DNA from: a virus
Taxonomy: Duplodnaviria; Caudoviricetes
Strand: one strand, 5' to 3'
Length of the DNA: 55,457 nucleotides
IMG/VR virus record: IMGVR_UViG_3300033067_001029
Location: 1 to 55,457 of that record
Part shown: positions 46,817 through 55,457 of the stretch, piece after piece
How the letters are laid out: the number at the start of each line of letters is the position of its first letter
Position numbering within the stretch: position 1 is the stretch's first letter
Notes under the pieces: model-generated
Told to the model about the DNA's origin: nothing
Seen by the model: only the letters and a program-made list of their open reading frames with translations
Databases searched by the model: none
Program-made: the position numbers and the translations under genes

Positions 46817-47923
46817 ATGCCCCCGAAGGTCCAGCCCAAGCCCGCCCCCGCGCCCGCCCCCAAGCCCGGCCCGAAGCCCCCGGCCAAGATCTCGCCGCCC
46901 GCCAAGGTGTCGCCGAAGGCCAAGCCCGCCGAGGATCAGGAGGAGTCCGCGGCCGCCCCGTCCCGCTCCTCCTCCGGGTCGACGAAGGCCCGGAACGCCC
47001 GGACGTACGACTTCGGTGACGAGTCGGTGAAGGGCGGGTACAACGACCGGCCGGAGTCCTTCAAGGGCAAGGCCGGGATCACCTACATCCTCCGCATCGT
47101 GACGACGCCCGTCGCGTACTTCGGGGCCCACATCGAGAACTCCTCCGACCCGAGCAAGTCCTTCTTCATGACGTCGCGTGCCGACTTCGACACCTGCGCC
47201 GCCGCGTACGAGGGCGATGACCGCGAGGCGGTGGCCCGCGCCGCCGAGCAGTGCCCGCTTTGGGAGCGCCAGTTCAAGATCAAGCAGAAGTTCGTCTGCG
47301 GGATCTACGTCGTCGGCAAGGAGGACTCTCGCGGCCGGTTCGAGAAGGTCGGGCAGTTCTTCCCGTGGTCCTTCGGCCCCGAGCGGTACCAGTCCCTCAC
47401 CAACGTCGCTCGCAGCCTGCCCTCGAAGCCGGATGGGAGCCGCGTCTCGATCCACGCCGTGGAACTCCGGGCGTCGTGCAAGGACGACCGCTTCCAGAAG
47501 TTCGACATCGTCCCGGTGACGTCGAAGAACGACATGAAGATGACGTGGGCCGATGTGTGGGACGAGGTCAAGGGGTACTTCGAGGGCGACGACCGCAAGT
47601 CCGTCTGCGACAAGATCGAGCAGTTCCTTGAGCCCGACTCCAAGCGGGACATGATCGCGTCGATCGACCGTGCCCAGGGCGCGTCGCAGAACGCGGTCGA
47701 GGAGCCGGACGACCCCCCGGCCCGCCGGTCCGCTCCCAAGTCCTCCCCCAAGTCCACCCCGGCGAAGGCCGCGAGCCGGTCCGGATCCGCCGAGGAGGAC
47801 TCCGAGCCCGAGTCGGCGCTGGACGACGCCCTGAGCGACGTGGAGGGGGACGGGTCCGGGGAAGAAGCCTCGGACGACACCGGCGAGTCGTCCGGCGACG
47901 ATGACCTTGACGACGTCGAGTGA
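46817..47923 (+). CDS. Single-stranded DNA-binding protein (gp32-like)
   Basis: Very acidic C-terminal tail (SSGDDDLDDVE); strong RBS; lies in the recombination cluster. Confidence 0.65.
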   Translation: MPPKVQPKPAPAPAPKPGPKPPAKISPPAKVSPKAKPAEDQEESAAAPSRSSSGSTKARNARTYDFGDESVKGGYNDRPESFKGKAGITYILRIVTTPVAYFGAHIENSSDPSKSFFMTSRADFDTCAAAYEGDDREAVARAAEQCPLWERQFKIKQKFVCGIYVVGKEDSRGRFEKVGQFFPWSFGPERYQSLTNVARSLPSKPDGSRVSIHAVELRASCKDDRFQKFDIVPVTSKNDMKMTWADVWDEVKGYFEGDDRKSVCDKIEQFLEPDSKRDMIASIDRAQGASQNAVEEPDDPPARRSAPKSSPKSTPAKAASRSGSAEEDSEPESALDDALSDVEGDGSGEEASDDTGESSGDDDLDDVE

Positions 47924-47940
47924 TCGACGAGGGCAGAGAC

Positions 47941-47971
47941 CCGGCCGGGTGAGAGCCCGGCCGGTTTCTTT
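47941..47971 (+). terminator. Rho-independent terminator
   Basis: CCGGCCGGG...CCCGGCCGG followed by TTTCTTT. Confidence 0.75.
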
Positions 47972-48586
47972 ATGGACACCAAGATCCACCCAGGGACGAC
48001 GATCGTCGTCGGGCTTGACCTCTCGCTTTCCGCGACGGGCGTCGTGGTGGTCAAGATCGGGAAGGACCGCCACAAGCTCATCCGGTCCGCCGTCTGCTCC
48101 GCCCCGGAGCCCGGGGGCGTAGACGACAAGGGGCTCCGCCTCTCCGAGTTGGCGGACTCCGTGGTTTCCCAGGTTGGCCTGTTCCCGGACGAGCATTACC
48201 TCTTCTTCGCGGAGGGGTACTCGTTCGGGAGCCCGTTCGCCGCGAGGCGGATCGGGGAGACGCACGGGGCGGTGATCTCCCGCGTCTACCAGCAGTTCCG
48301 GGCCCCGGTCCGGTACGTCACGCCCGCGAGCGCGAAGATGATCGCGTGCCCGAACCACCCCGGGTGGTCGAAGGACAAGTGGGCCGCCGCGAAGAAGCCC
48401 GGGAAGTGGAAGCGGTCGATGCCCTCCAAGGAGGACGTCATGCGCGGGGTCTTCGACCGGTTCAAGATCTCGCTCGCCACGGACGCCGAGGCTGACGCCT
48501 TTTGCGTCGCGATCGGCGGGCTCCTCCGGTACTCCAAGTTTGACGCGACCTCCCGAAAGATCGTCGACGCCCGAACCTTCGAGTAG
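47972..48586 (+). CDS. RuvC-like Holliday junction resolvase
   Basis: VGLDLSLSATG, FAEGY and DAEADA motifs. Confidence 0.85.
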   Translation: MDTKIHPGTTIVVGLDLSLSATGVVVVKIGKDRHKLIRSAVCSAPEPGGVDDKGLRLSELADSVVSQVGLFPDEHYLFFAEGYSFGSPFAARRIGETHGAVISRVYQQFRAPVRYVTPASAKMIACPNHPGWSKDKWAAAKKPGKWKRSMPSKEDVMRGVFDRFKISLATDAEADAFCVAIGGLLRYSKFDATSRKIVDARTFE

Positions 48587-48605
48587 CGCGGTGGGAACGT
48601 CCTGC

Positions 48606-49793
48606 ATGAAACCCAAGGACAAGAAGGCCCCACGGAAGTCGGCCGCCCCCGTCGTCGGTCTCGCCGCCGCGCTGACCGCCCTCCGCGACAAGCTCCCCGG
48701 CCGCGTCATGTTCGTCCCCCCGGCCTCCCGGGTGATCCCGATGCGGCACCGGGCGCTGGGGGCTCTCCTCGCGGGCCCGGAGAACCCCGGCCTGCCCTGC
48801 GGGAAGTTCATCGAGATCCTCGGGGAGGCCCACTCGGGGAAGACGACGCTGGCCTTCGCGATGGCCGACGCCGTCATCAACCAGCCCCCCGGGTCCCGGC
48901 ACGAGATCCGGGACCCGTCCGGCAAGGTGATCGAGGTCGACGCCCCGCGCCGGGTTCTCTATCTCGACTTCGAGCACTCGCTCAACATGAAGTACCTCCG
49001 GGACGGGATCCGCAACGCCGTCCTTGCGGACGTCGACGAGGGCGGAGTCGTCGCGAACGCCGACGCCGCGAACCTTTGGGTCCACCAGCCCGCCACGCTG
49101 GAGGAGGGTGCCGAGATCGCCGTCCAACTCATCGGGTCCGGCGAGTTCGGCATGATCGTGATCGACTCGATCCCCGCCATGCTCCCCAAGGAGGAGGCGG
49201 AGAAGACGATGGAGGAATCGACGGTCGGGAAGCACGCCGCCGCGATGGGGAAGTTCTTCCGCCGCACGACGGGCCTGACGTCCCGGTTCAACGTCGTGGT
49301 CGTCCTCATCAACCAGTGGAGGGACAAGATCGGGGTCGTCTTCGGGGACCCGCGCCGTTCCCCCGGCGGGAAGGCGATGACCTACTACGACTCCCTCAAG
49401 ATCGACGTCTCCGGCCCGAAGAACTCCCCGTGGTTCCCGCAGGGCGGGAAGATGGCGAACATCAAGGTCATGAAGAACAAGGTCACGGGGAAGCTCGGGA
49501 CCGTCTCGTATCACCTGGGGGCCGGGTGGGGGATCTCCCCGGAGGTCGAGTTGACGGAGATGATGCAGGCCGCCGGGCTCCTGAACTCGACGGGCCCGAA
49601 CCGGCCGGTGGTCGTCTTCCCCAACTCGCCGAACCGGAGGCAGTTCGAGTCCCGCGATGCGTGGCTCCGGCACCTCCGGAACGGGTCCGACCGCCAGTGG
49701 CAGAGCCTGACGAACCAGTGCGTGAAGAAGGGCGTCTCGGTCATCGAGAAGCCGTCGCGATCGGCCTCCTCCTTCGATGCGGATGGTGACTGA
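48606..49793 (+). CDS. recA: RecA/UvsX recombinase
   Basis: GEAHSGKTT, YLDFEH, IVIDSI, INQWR and SPGGKA motifs. Confidence 0.93.
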   Translation: MKPKDKKAPRKSAAPVVGLAAALTALRDKLPGRVMFVPPASRVIPMRHRALGALLAGPENPGLPCGKFIEILGEAHSGKTTLAFAMADAVINQPPGSRHEIRDPSGKVIEVDAPRRVLYLDFEHSLNMKYLRDGIRNAVLADVDEGGVVANADAANLWVHQPATLEEGAEIAVQLIGSGEFGMIVIDSIPAMLPKEEAEKTMEESTVGKHAAAMGKFFRRTTGLTSRFNVVVVLINQWRDKIGVVFGDPRRSPGGKAMTYYDSLKIDVSGPKNSPWFPQGGKMANIKVMKNKVTGKLGTVSYHLGAGWGISPEVELTEMMQAAGLLNSTGPNRPVVVFPNSPNRRQFESRDAWLRHLRNGSDRQWQSLTNQCVKKGVSVIEKPSRSASSFDADGD

Positions 49794-50809
49794 TGACGAA
49801 CCGGCCCGCGAAGATCTCCTCGGTGTCCCTCGACGACGTCCTGTCGTGGCGCGGCGCGAGGCTCGACCTCTCCCCGGGGCTCAACGTCGTCGTCGGCCCT
49901 TCCGACTCGGGCAAGACGAACGTGTACCGCGCCGTTAGGGCCGTCGTTGAGAACGCCCCCGCCGACCGGTTCGTCCGGATCGGGTCGACGGCGGGGTCCG
50001 CGACGATCACGTTCGACGACGGGGCGTCGGTGTCGCTGGGCAAGGGGAAGGGCAAGGACTCCGCGAACACCTACACGGTCGGCACGGCCGACCCGTCCGG
50101 GGGGACGCGGGAGCGTGTGTTCCAGAAGGTCGGCGCGGACTGCCCGGCGGAGGTCGCCTCGGTCCTCCGGCTCGGGCCCGTCGACCTCTCCGGGGCGGAG
50201 GCGGACATCCACTTCGCGTCCCAGCGCGGCCCCGCGTTCGGCGTGGACGTCCGCCCCGGGGATCTCGCCCGGATCATCGGTTCGGTCTGCGGGCTCGACG
50301 CCGTCTATTCCGCCCTCTCGGAAGCGGAGCGGTCCCGGAAGTCCGCCTCGATCGAGGACGCCCGGGCCGACGCCGCGTTCAGGCTCCAGCGGGCGAAGTA
50401 CCGGGCCGCCGATTCCGTGCTGAGCGCCGATCAGGCCAAGTCGTACGCCGACCTGCTGACCGAACTCAGCGCCCGCCACGACGAGACGACCAGGGCCGCT
50501 TTGTTTCTAGAAGAAACAGCGGGGGAACTCACGTCGTACGTCGACGGGCTCGCCGTGCGGACGTCCGCCCTTGAAGAGGCGACCCGCTCGTATGACGAGG
50601 CGGTCGTGCTTCGCCAGTCGTTCCTCGACGGGCGGCGGGCGGTGGATCGGCTCGCGGAGATCTCCGACGAACTCTCGGCGGCCTCTCTGGACATCGAGGA
50701 GGCCGAGGAGTGCCTCATCGCCAAGGTGAAGTCGCTCGCGGACCTCGAAGCGAAGGCCCATCAACTCACGAAGACGAAGTGCCCGCTCTGCGGGAGGAGT
50801 GGACGATGA
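49793..50809 (+). CDS. SbcC/Rad50 N-terminal half ending at the Zn hook
   Basis: GLNVVVGPSDSGKT, Q-loop FASQ, coiled coil, C-terminal CPLCG. Confidence 0.85.
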   Translation: MTNRPAKISSVSLDDVLSWRGARLDLSPGLNVVVGPSDSGKTNVYRAVRAVVENAPADRFVRIGSTAGSATITFDDGASVSLGKGKGKDSANTYTVGTADPSGGTRERVFQKVGADCPAEVASVLRLGPVDLSGAEADIHFASQRGPAFGVDVRPGDLARIIGSVCGLDAVYSALSEAERSRKSASIEDARADAAFRLQRAKYRAADSVLSADQAKSYADLLTELSARHDETTRAALFLEETAGELTSYVDGLAVRTSALEEATRSYDEAVVLRQSFLDGRRAVDRLAEISDELSAASLDIEEAEECLIAKVKSLADLEAKAHQLTKTKCPLCGRSGR

Positions 50810-51777
50810 GTCTCAAGAGCGTGTCCTTGCTCGCGTTCGGGGACCTCCACTATTCGTTCGAGCCCCCGGCCTCCCGGAAGCCCTCGTACCGGAAGGAACT
50901 CGACGACATGCTCGACGAGATCCGGGGTCTGGTGAAGCGGCTCGGGATCGGCGTCGTCCTGTCGGCCGGGGACCACTTCCACCGCAAGGGGCGGACGTCC
51001 CACGCCGAGGTCCGGGCGCTGTTGGCGAAGTATTGGGCGCTGAGCGGGGCGGCCGGTTTGTTCTTCTCGATCGCCGGGAACCACGACATGATCGGCCACA
51101 ACGCCGAGTCCGCGTCGGAGACCCAGCCGCTCGGCGTGCTTGCCGAGTCGAACGTCGTGAGCCTCCTCGGTGGGGACCCGGAGATCGTTGACGGGCCGGT
51201 TGCCATCTACGGGATCCCGTACCAGCACAACCTCACGCCGCACGCCGCCGCGTGCCTCCTCACCAAGAACCACCGGGCCCGGTTCGCCGCCGTCGTCATG
51301 CACGCCGACGTGCTCACGGACGCGGTCGCCCGCGCGTACGTCTCCGCGATCGAGTCCGCCTTGGGGATCCCGGTCGCGGTTCTCAACGGGCATATCCACG
51401 AGCCGATGCGGGTCATCGAGTGCGGGTCCTCTGTTTACGTCGGGCTCGGGTCCATCGCGCGGACGTCGATCGCGGAGCGGGGCGTCACCCCGTCCGTCGC
51501 GGTCGTGAGCTTCTCGGCGAAGGCCGGGATCCGGGTCAAGGACATCCCGCTCGCCTCCGCCCTTCCGGTTGCGGACGCCTTCGAGATTGACGCCGCGAGC
51601 GGGGAGCCGGTCAACGCCGACCTCGACAAGTTCGTCGAGCTTGTCGGGGGCGACAACGATGCGGCGGTGATGGACGTCCGCGCCGAGGCCCGCGAGCTTG
51701 GCGCTTCGCTCTCGATCCCGGAGCCCGGGATCGAGGAGGCGATCCGGCTGCTCGACGGGAAGTATGATTCGGCATGA
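50806..51777 (+). CDS. SbcD/Mre11 metallophosphoesterase nuclease
   Basis: GDLH, AGDHFH, GNHD and GHIH motifs. Confidence 0.9.
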   Translation: MSLKSVSLLAFGDLHYSFEPPASRKPSYRKELDDMLDEIRGLVKRLGIGVVLSAGDHFHRKGRTSHAEVRALLAKYWALSGAAGLFFSIAGNHDMIGHNAESASETQPLGVLAESNVVSLLGGDPEIVDGPVAIYGIPYQHNLTPHAAACLLTKNHRARFAAVVMHADVLTDAVARAYVSAIESALGIPVAVLNGHIHEPMRVIECGSSVYVGLGSIARTSIAERGVTPSVAVVSFSAKAGIRVKDIPLASALPVADAFEIDAASGEPVNADLDKFVELVGGDNDAAVMDVRAEARELGASLSIPEPGIEEAIRLLDGKYDSA

Positions 51778-52544
51778 CCCCTCCGAAGCGCCGTGCCGTG
51801 AACGCCCCGAAGACCGTCTCGCCGAAGAAGGCGGAGCCGAAGCCGACCCGCCGCCCGTACCAGAACCCCGCCGACCGGGTGTGCGTGAAGATGGGGCTCG
51901 CCCGCGTCGTCGGCCCCCGCGTGGAGTACGACTGGCCGATGATCGACGAGTTGTGGCTCGTCGACCCGGACAATACCATCCTCGGGTTCTGCAAGAAGTA
52001 CGACATCACGTACGCCCAGGCCCACAAGCGGCTCACGATGAGCGTGACCCGCAAGAAGGCGATCCAGGCCGTCTCCCGCAACGGGTACATGCTCGCCGTC
52101 GTGCGCGGGCTCCTCGCGTCGCACCACCGGGCGGCGCACGAGGACGCCGAGCGGTTCTCGAAGACAATCTCCGAGTTGACGGTGTTCTCCCACTCCGCCG
52201 CCGCGTTCGCCCGGGCCCGGATGATGAAGATGGGGCCCGGCGGGGAGGAGATGGTCAACGTCGACGCGAAGTCCTCCGACGTGGCGTACTACGCGAGGAT
52301 CGCCAGGGACGCGAGCGAGACCCTCCGGAACCTCCTCGAACTCAAGGTCAACGTCGATGGGACGGAGGAGCAGCGGCAGGAGATCGAGGGCATCACGATC
52401 GACGAGCCGAAGCGACCCAACGCGGGAACGTCCGGGCATGATGAAGAAGCCCAGCACGGTCAGCCCGAAGCGCCCGCCCAACCCACCGGCCCCGACGCCC
52501 AAGCCATCGTCGTCCGCCCCGATCCCGGAGTTCGTCCGGACTGA
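51774..52544 (+). CDS. Hypothetical helical protein (terminase small subunit candidate)
   Basis: HTH-like segment then helices; TATGAT-N5-ATG; function is inferred only. Confidence 0.45.
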   Translation: MTPPKRRAVNAPKTVSPKKAEPKPTRRPYQNPADRVCVKMGLARVVGPRVEYDWPMIDELWLVDPDNTILGFCKKYDITYAQAHKRLTMSVTRKKAIQAVSRNGYMLAVVRGLLASHHRAAHEDAERFSKTISELTVFSHSAAAFARARMMKMGPGGEEMVNVDAKSSDVAYYARIARDASETLRNLLELKVNVDGTEEQRQEIEGITIDEPKRPNAGTSGHDEEAQHGQPEAPAQPTGPDAQAIVVRPDPGVRPD

Positions 52545-53280
52545 GTACGACCACGCGATCGCGTCGTACCCGCTCGTCCGCATGCTCAAGAGCGTGCTCG
52601 TCTCCGTTCCCCCGGGCCCCGGGGAAGCCCCGATCGACGTCCGCGTCTCGACGAACAACCTCCACGCCGTGATTGTCGGGCAGCCGTTTACGATCCCGGA
52701 GGGCGTCGACCGCGATGGGTTCATCTTCCCGTACCCCGAGTGCGAGCCGAGGCCGTCCCGGTTCCTCGCGGAGACGATGACGTGGCAGAAGACGGAGAAC
52801 GCCGAAGCGTACTCGGTCGGGACCGGGTACAAGGTCTCCGAGGACGATGTGCGTGGGTCGCTCAAGCAGTGGGTGACGTGGCTGGCGAACTTCGAGAACA
52901 GTTCCCCGACCCTCCGGTTCGAGGTCTTCGAGGGAGGCCGGGACGTCGCCTTCATCGGGTTCAACCGGCAGGCGCTGCTCGACGTGCTGTGCCAGATCCC
53001 GGACGAGGGGATCGTGCTGGCGGTCCCGCTTATCGGCGGCGTTGGTCCGTGGCGGTACGCGAGCGGGGAGTCCGCCGTGTCGACCGGGTCCGAGGGGTCG
53101 TCCGCGCTCCTGACGGTTCGCTCGCCGCGCGGGGCGATCGACGCGAACTGGAGGATGGGCGTGTGCAACTCCGACCGAGGCCAGAAGCAGGCCGCCGAGA
53201 AGGTCGTCGCCGAGATCGGGTGGGTCCGCCGCGTGCTTTCGCACATCCGGAAGGTTGCGGCGGATGCGGTGCGGGGGTAG
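52438..53280 (+). CDS. Hypothetical protein
   Basis: ATG follows the GGGAACGT motif; typical codon usage. Confidence 0.65.
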   Translation: MMKKPSTVSPKRPPNPPAPTPKPSSSAPIPEFVRTEYDHAIASYPLVRMLKSVLVSVPPGPGEAPIDVRVSTNNLHAVIVGQPFTIPEGVDRDGFIFPYPECEPRPSRFLAETMTWQKTENAEAYSVGTGYKVSEDDVRGSLKQWVTWLANFENSSPTLRFEVFEGGRDVAFIGFNRQALLDVLCQIPDEGIVLAVPLIGGVGPWRYASGESAVSTGSEGSSALLTVRSPRGAIDANWRMGVCNSDRGQKQAAEKVVAEIGWVRRVLSHIRKVAADAVRG

Positions 53281-53322
53281 ACTACGGCTGTTGTTTCCGG
53301 TAGAAACAACGGGAGACCGCGC

Positions 53323-53931
53323 ATGCCCCCCACCAAGTCCGCCGCGAAGACCTCGCCGAAGTCGAAGGCCCCCAAGCCCGCGAAGCCCATTCTCCCGGAT
53401 CCGCCCCCGGAGGGGTCCGTCCACCAGATCGATCCGTCGCTTCTCGGCATGGCGGTCCGCCTCTCGGAGATCGCCCCCGACCCCGCGAACGAGCGCTCGC
53501 ACTCGCGGCAGAACCTCGACGCGATCCGGGCGAGCCTCACGAGGTACGGGCAGCGGGAGCCCCTCGTCGTGAACCGGAGGACCGGACTGATCGAGGCCGG
53601 GCACGGGCGGTACGTCGTCATGCAGGAGTTGGGCTGGCAGTATGCGGCGGTCGTCCTCGTCGAGGACGACGCGAAGGCCGCGAGCGGGTACCGCGTCGCC
53701 GCGAACCGGACCGCCGAGCTTGCCGAGTGGGATGACGCCCGGCTTCTCGCGACCCTGACGGAGCTTGGGGGTGACGCGATCCATTCGGGGTTCACCGAGG
53801 CGGAGATCAGGAAGATCGAGAAGTCGCTCGCGCCCCCGGAGCCGGACCAGGGCCGGGCGGTTAAGCCGACCTTCGGTGCTAAGATCACCTGCCCGAAGTG
53901 CAAGCACGAGTGGACGGAGAAGCGCTCGTGA
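53323..53931 (+). CDS. ParB-N domain protein with C-terminal Zn ribbon
   Basis: YGQREPLVV, IEAGHGR, ANRTAELAEWD and CPKCKHEW motifs. Confidence 0.85.
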   Translation: MPPTKSAAKTSPKSKAPKPAKPILPDPPPEGSVHQIDPSLLGMAVRLSEIAPDPANERSHSRQNLDAIRASLTRYGQREPLVVNRRTGLIEAGHGRYVVMQELGWQYAAVVLVEDDAKAASGYRVAANRTAELAEWDDARLLATLTELGGDAIHSGFTEAEIRKIEKSLAPPEPDQGRAVKPTFGAKITCPKCKHEWTEKRS

Positions 53932-55166
53932 AGAAGCACGCAAAGAACCAGACCATGTCCGTCGTCATGTGGCCGATCGGGCGGGTGAAGCCGTACGACA
54001 AGAACCCCAGGATCAACGACGGGTCCGTGGATTCCGTGGCGAGGTCGATTGAGCAGTACGGGTTCCGCCAGCCGATTGTGGTCGACAAGAACGGCGTCAT
54101 CATCGTTGGCCACACCCGGCTCAAGGCCGCGAAGAAGCTCGGGATGGCCGAGGTTCCGGTCCACGTTGCGTCCGACCTCTCGGAGACCAAGGCGAGGTCG
54201 CTTCGGATTGCGGACAACAAGACGCACGAACTCGCCGAGTGGGACGTCGACATGCTGAGCGATGAGGTTCGGGCGCTTGCGGCCCTTCCGGACTTCCGCG
54301 ACTTCGAACTCGGCATGGACCTTGCGGATATCGAGTCCGCGATGAACCCCCACGGGCGGGATGGGCTTGTGGACCCCGACGACACCCCCGCGCCCCTCAA
54401 GACCGCGAAGACCAAGCGTGGGGACGTTTGGCTGCTGGGGAACCACCGCTTGATGTGCGGAAGCAGCACCGACATCGCCGACGTCAAGAAGCTCATGAAC
54501 GGGGAGAAGGCGGTCCTGGTCTCCACCGATCCCCCGTACCTCGTGGACTACACGGGCGACCGCCCCGCCGACCGCGGCAAGGACTGGTCGGCCCAGTACA
54601 AGGAGGTCGAGATCACCGACGCCGCCGGGTTCTTCCGGTCGTTGTTCTCCAACGTGCTTGAGGTGATCGCCCCCAAGGCGGCGATCTACTGCTGGCACGC
54701 CCACAAGCGGGTTGGGGAGATTCAGGCGGTCTGGAAGGACCTCGGCATCCTGGACCACCAGCAGATCGTGTGGGTGAAGCCGACCCCGGTCTTCGGCCGC
54801 GCCTACTGGCACTTCCGGCACGAGCCGTGCATGATGGGCTGGGTGCAGGGTTCTCAGCCCGAGCACGACAGCGACCACAGCCACAACTCGGTTTGGGAGG
54901 TCGACTGGGAGGGCAAGGCCCGCATCGTCGGCAACGAGCACCCCACCCAGAAGCCGGTCGAGATCTTCGCCAGGCCGATGCGGAAGCACACCAGGCCCGG
55001 CGACGTCTGCTTCGAGCCCTTCAGCGGCAGCGGGTCGCAGCTCATCGCGGCCGAGCAGCTGGGGCGGCGGTGCTTCGCGATGGAGCTGGAGCCGACGTTC
55101 GTGGAGGTCGCCGTGCGGCGGTGGGAGGCGTTCACGGGGAAGAAGGCGGAGCGGGTCCCACGGTAA
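53928..55166 (+). CDS. ParB-N domain fused to N4/N6 DNA methyltransferase
   Basis: GFRQPIVV..GHTR; TDPPY, HPTQKP and EPFSGSGS motifs. Confidence 0.93.
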   Translation: MKKHAKNQTMSVVMWPIGRVKPYDKNPRINDGSVDSVARSIEQYGFRQPIVVDKNGVIIVGHTRLKAAKKLGMAEVPVHVASDLSETKARSLRIADNKTHELAEWDVDMLSDEVRALAALPDFRDFELGMDLADIESAMNPHGRDGLVDPDDTPAPLKTAKTKRGDVWLLGNHRLMCGSSTDIADVKKLMNGEKAVLVSTDPPYLVDYTGDRPADRGKDWSAQYKEVEITDAAGFFRSLFSNVLEVIAPKAAIYCWHAHKRVGEIQAVWKDLGILDHQQIVWVKPTPVFGRAYWHFRHEPCMMGWVQGSQPEHDSDHSHNSVWEVDWEGKARIVGNEHPTQKPVEIFARPMRKHTRPGDVCFEPFSGSGSQLIAAEQLGRRCFAMELEPTFVEVAVRRWEAFTGKKAERVPR

Positions 55167-55174
55167 CGTCCGGC

Positions 55175-55457
55175 ATGAAGAACGATCACGCCGACACTCC
55201 GTCCTACGGTCGAGGCCGACACTCCTCCGGGTTCGTCGCGACCGGAAGGTGCAATCCTGACGGTTCGATCTTCCGGCCCGCTTCCGGACCGTACTGCTTC
55301 TGGATCTTCTCGGCCTATACGCCCGAGTACGCCGACGTCGTCCACGCCCACCTCCTCCCGTCGCTCCGGGCTCGGCTCGGGGAGATGAACTTCGTCCGGT
55401 ACGCCGTCCACCCGATGCCCTCTCGCGGATCGTGGGCGGCGAACTGCGGGTCGAAGG
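55175..55457 (+). CDS. Putative glycosyltransferase, 3'-truncated
   Basis: Not in the ORF track; translates to ...IFSAYTPEY...LLPSL...GSWAANCGSK, resembling N-termini of phage nucleotide-sugar transferases. Confidence 0.45.
   Translation, partial: MKNDHADTPSYGRGRHSSGFVATGRCNPDGSIFRPASGPYCFWIFSAYTPEYADVVHAHLLPSLRARLGEMNFVRYAVHPMPSRGSWAANCGSK

Noticed and set aside
3791-53310. Palindromes interpreted as a CRISPR array or IS ends
   Set aside because: Copies are kilobases apart, with no spacers, cas genes or transposase.
51435-54989. 1184-aa minus-strand ORF, and similar ones at 27271-30078 and 31446-34250
   Set aside because: They overlap well-supported + strand genes; stop codons are scarce because of GC bias.
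55190-55225. Short direct repeat GCCGACACTCC, two copies
   Set aside because: Only two 11-bp copies at the window edge; too little to interpret.
1-55457. tRNA/rRNA genes and host assignment
   Set aside because: No RNA genes were recognised by eye. High GC, leaderless starts and a lipoprotein do not identify a host phylum.

Overview
A GC-rich tailed dsDNA phage or prophage segment, siphovirus-like (tail tube and tape measure, no sheath seen), with almost all genes on the + strand. Gene order: tail fibre and lysis-like cassette; TerL, portal, MuF, scaffold, capsid; neck and tail; replication (SNF2 helicase, 5'-3' exonuclease, DnaE, DnaB, DnaG); an early region (MoxR AAA, VWA, ECF-like sigma, ParB); recombination (split SbcC, SSB, RuvC, RecA, SbcD); ParB-methylase and glycosyltransferases. 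The main finding is an intein in the MuF gene (9605-10429) with no endonuclease motif in its own frame. Instead it carries a complete Vsr/DUF559-type endonuclease gene on the opposite strand (10369-9629). That gene's start codon, Shine-Dalgarno, -10 box and stop codon are all written into codons of the intein splicing domain. Also notable: 15 dispersed parS-like palindromes (GTTTC-N5-GAAAC), three promoter classes including a GGGAACGT-N5-start leaderless motif, and a GH56-like hydrolase where an endolysin would be expected. All protein calls come from motif recognition by eye; no searches were run.
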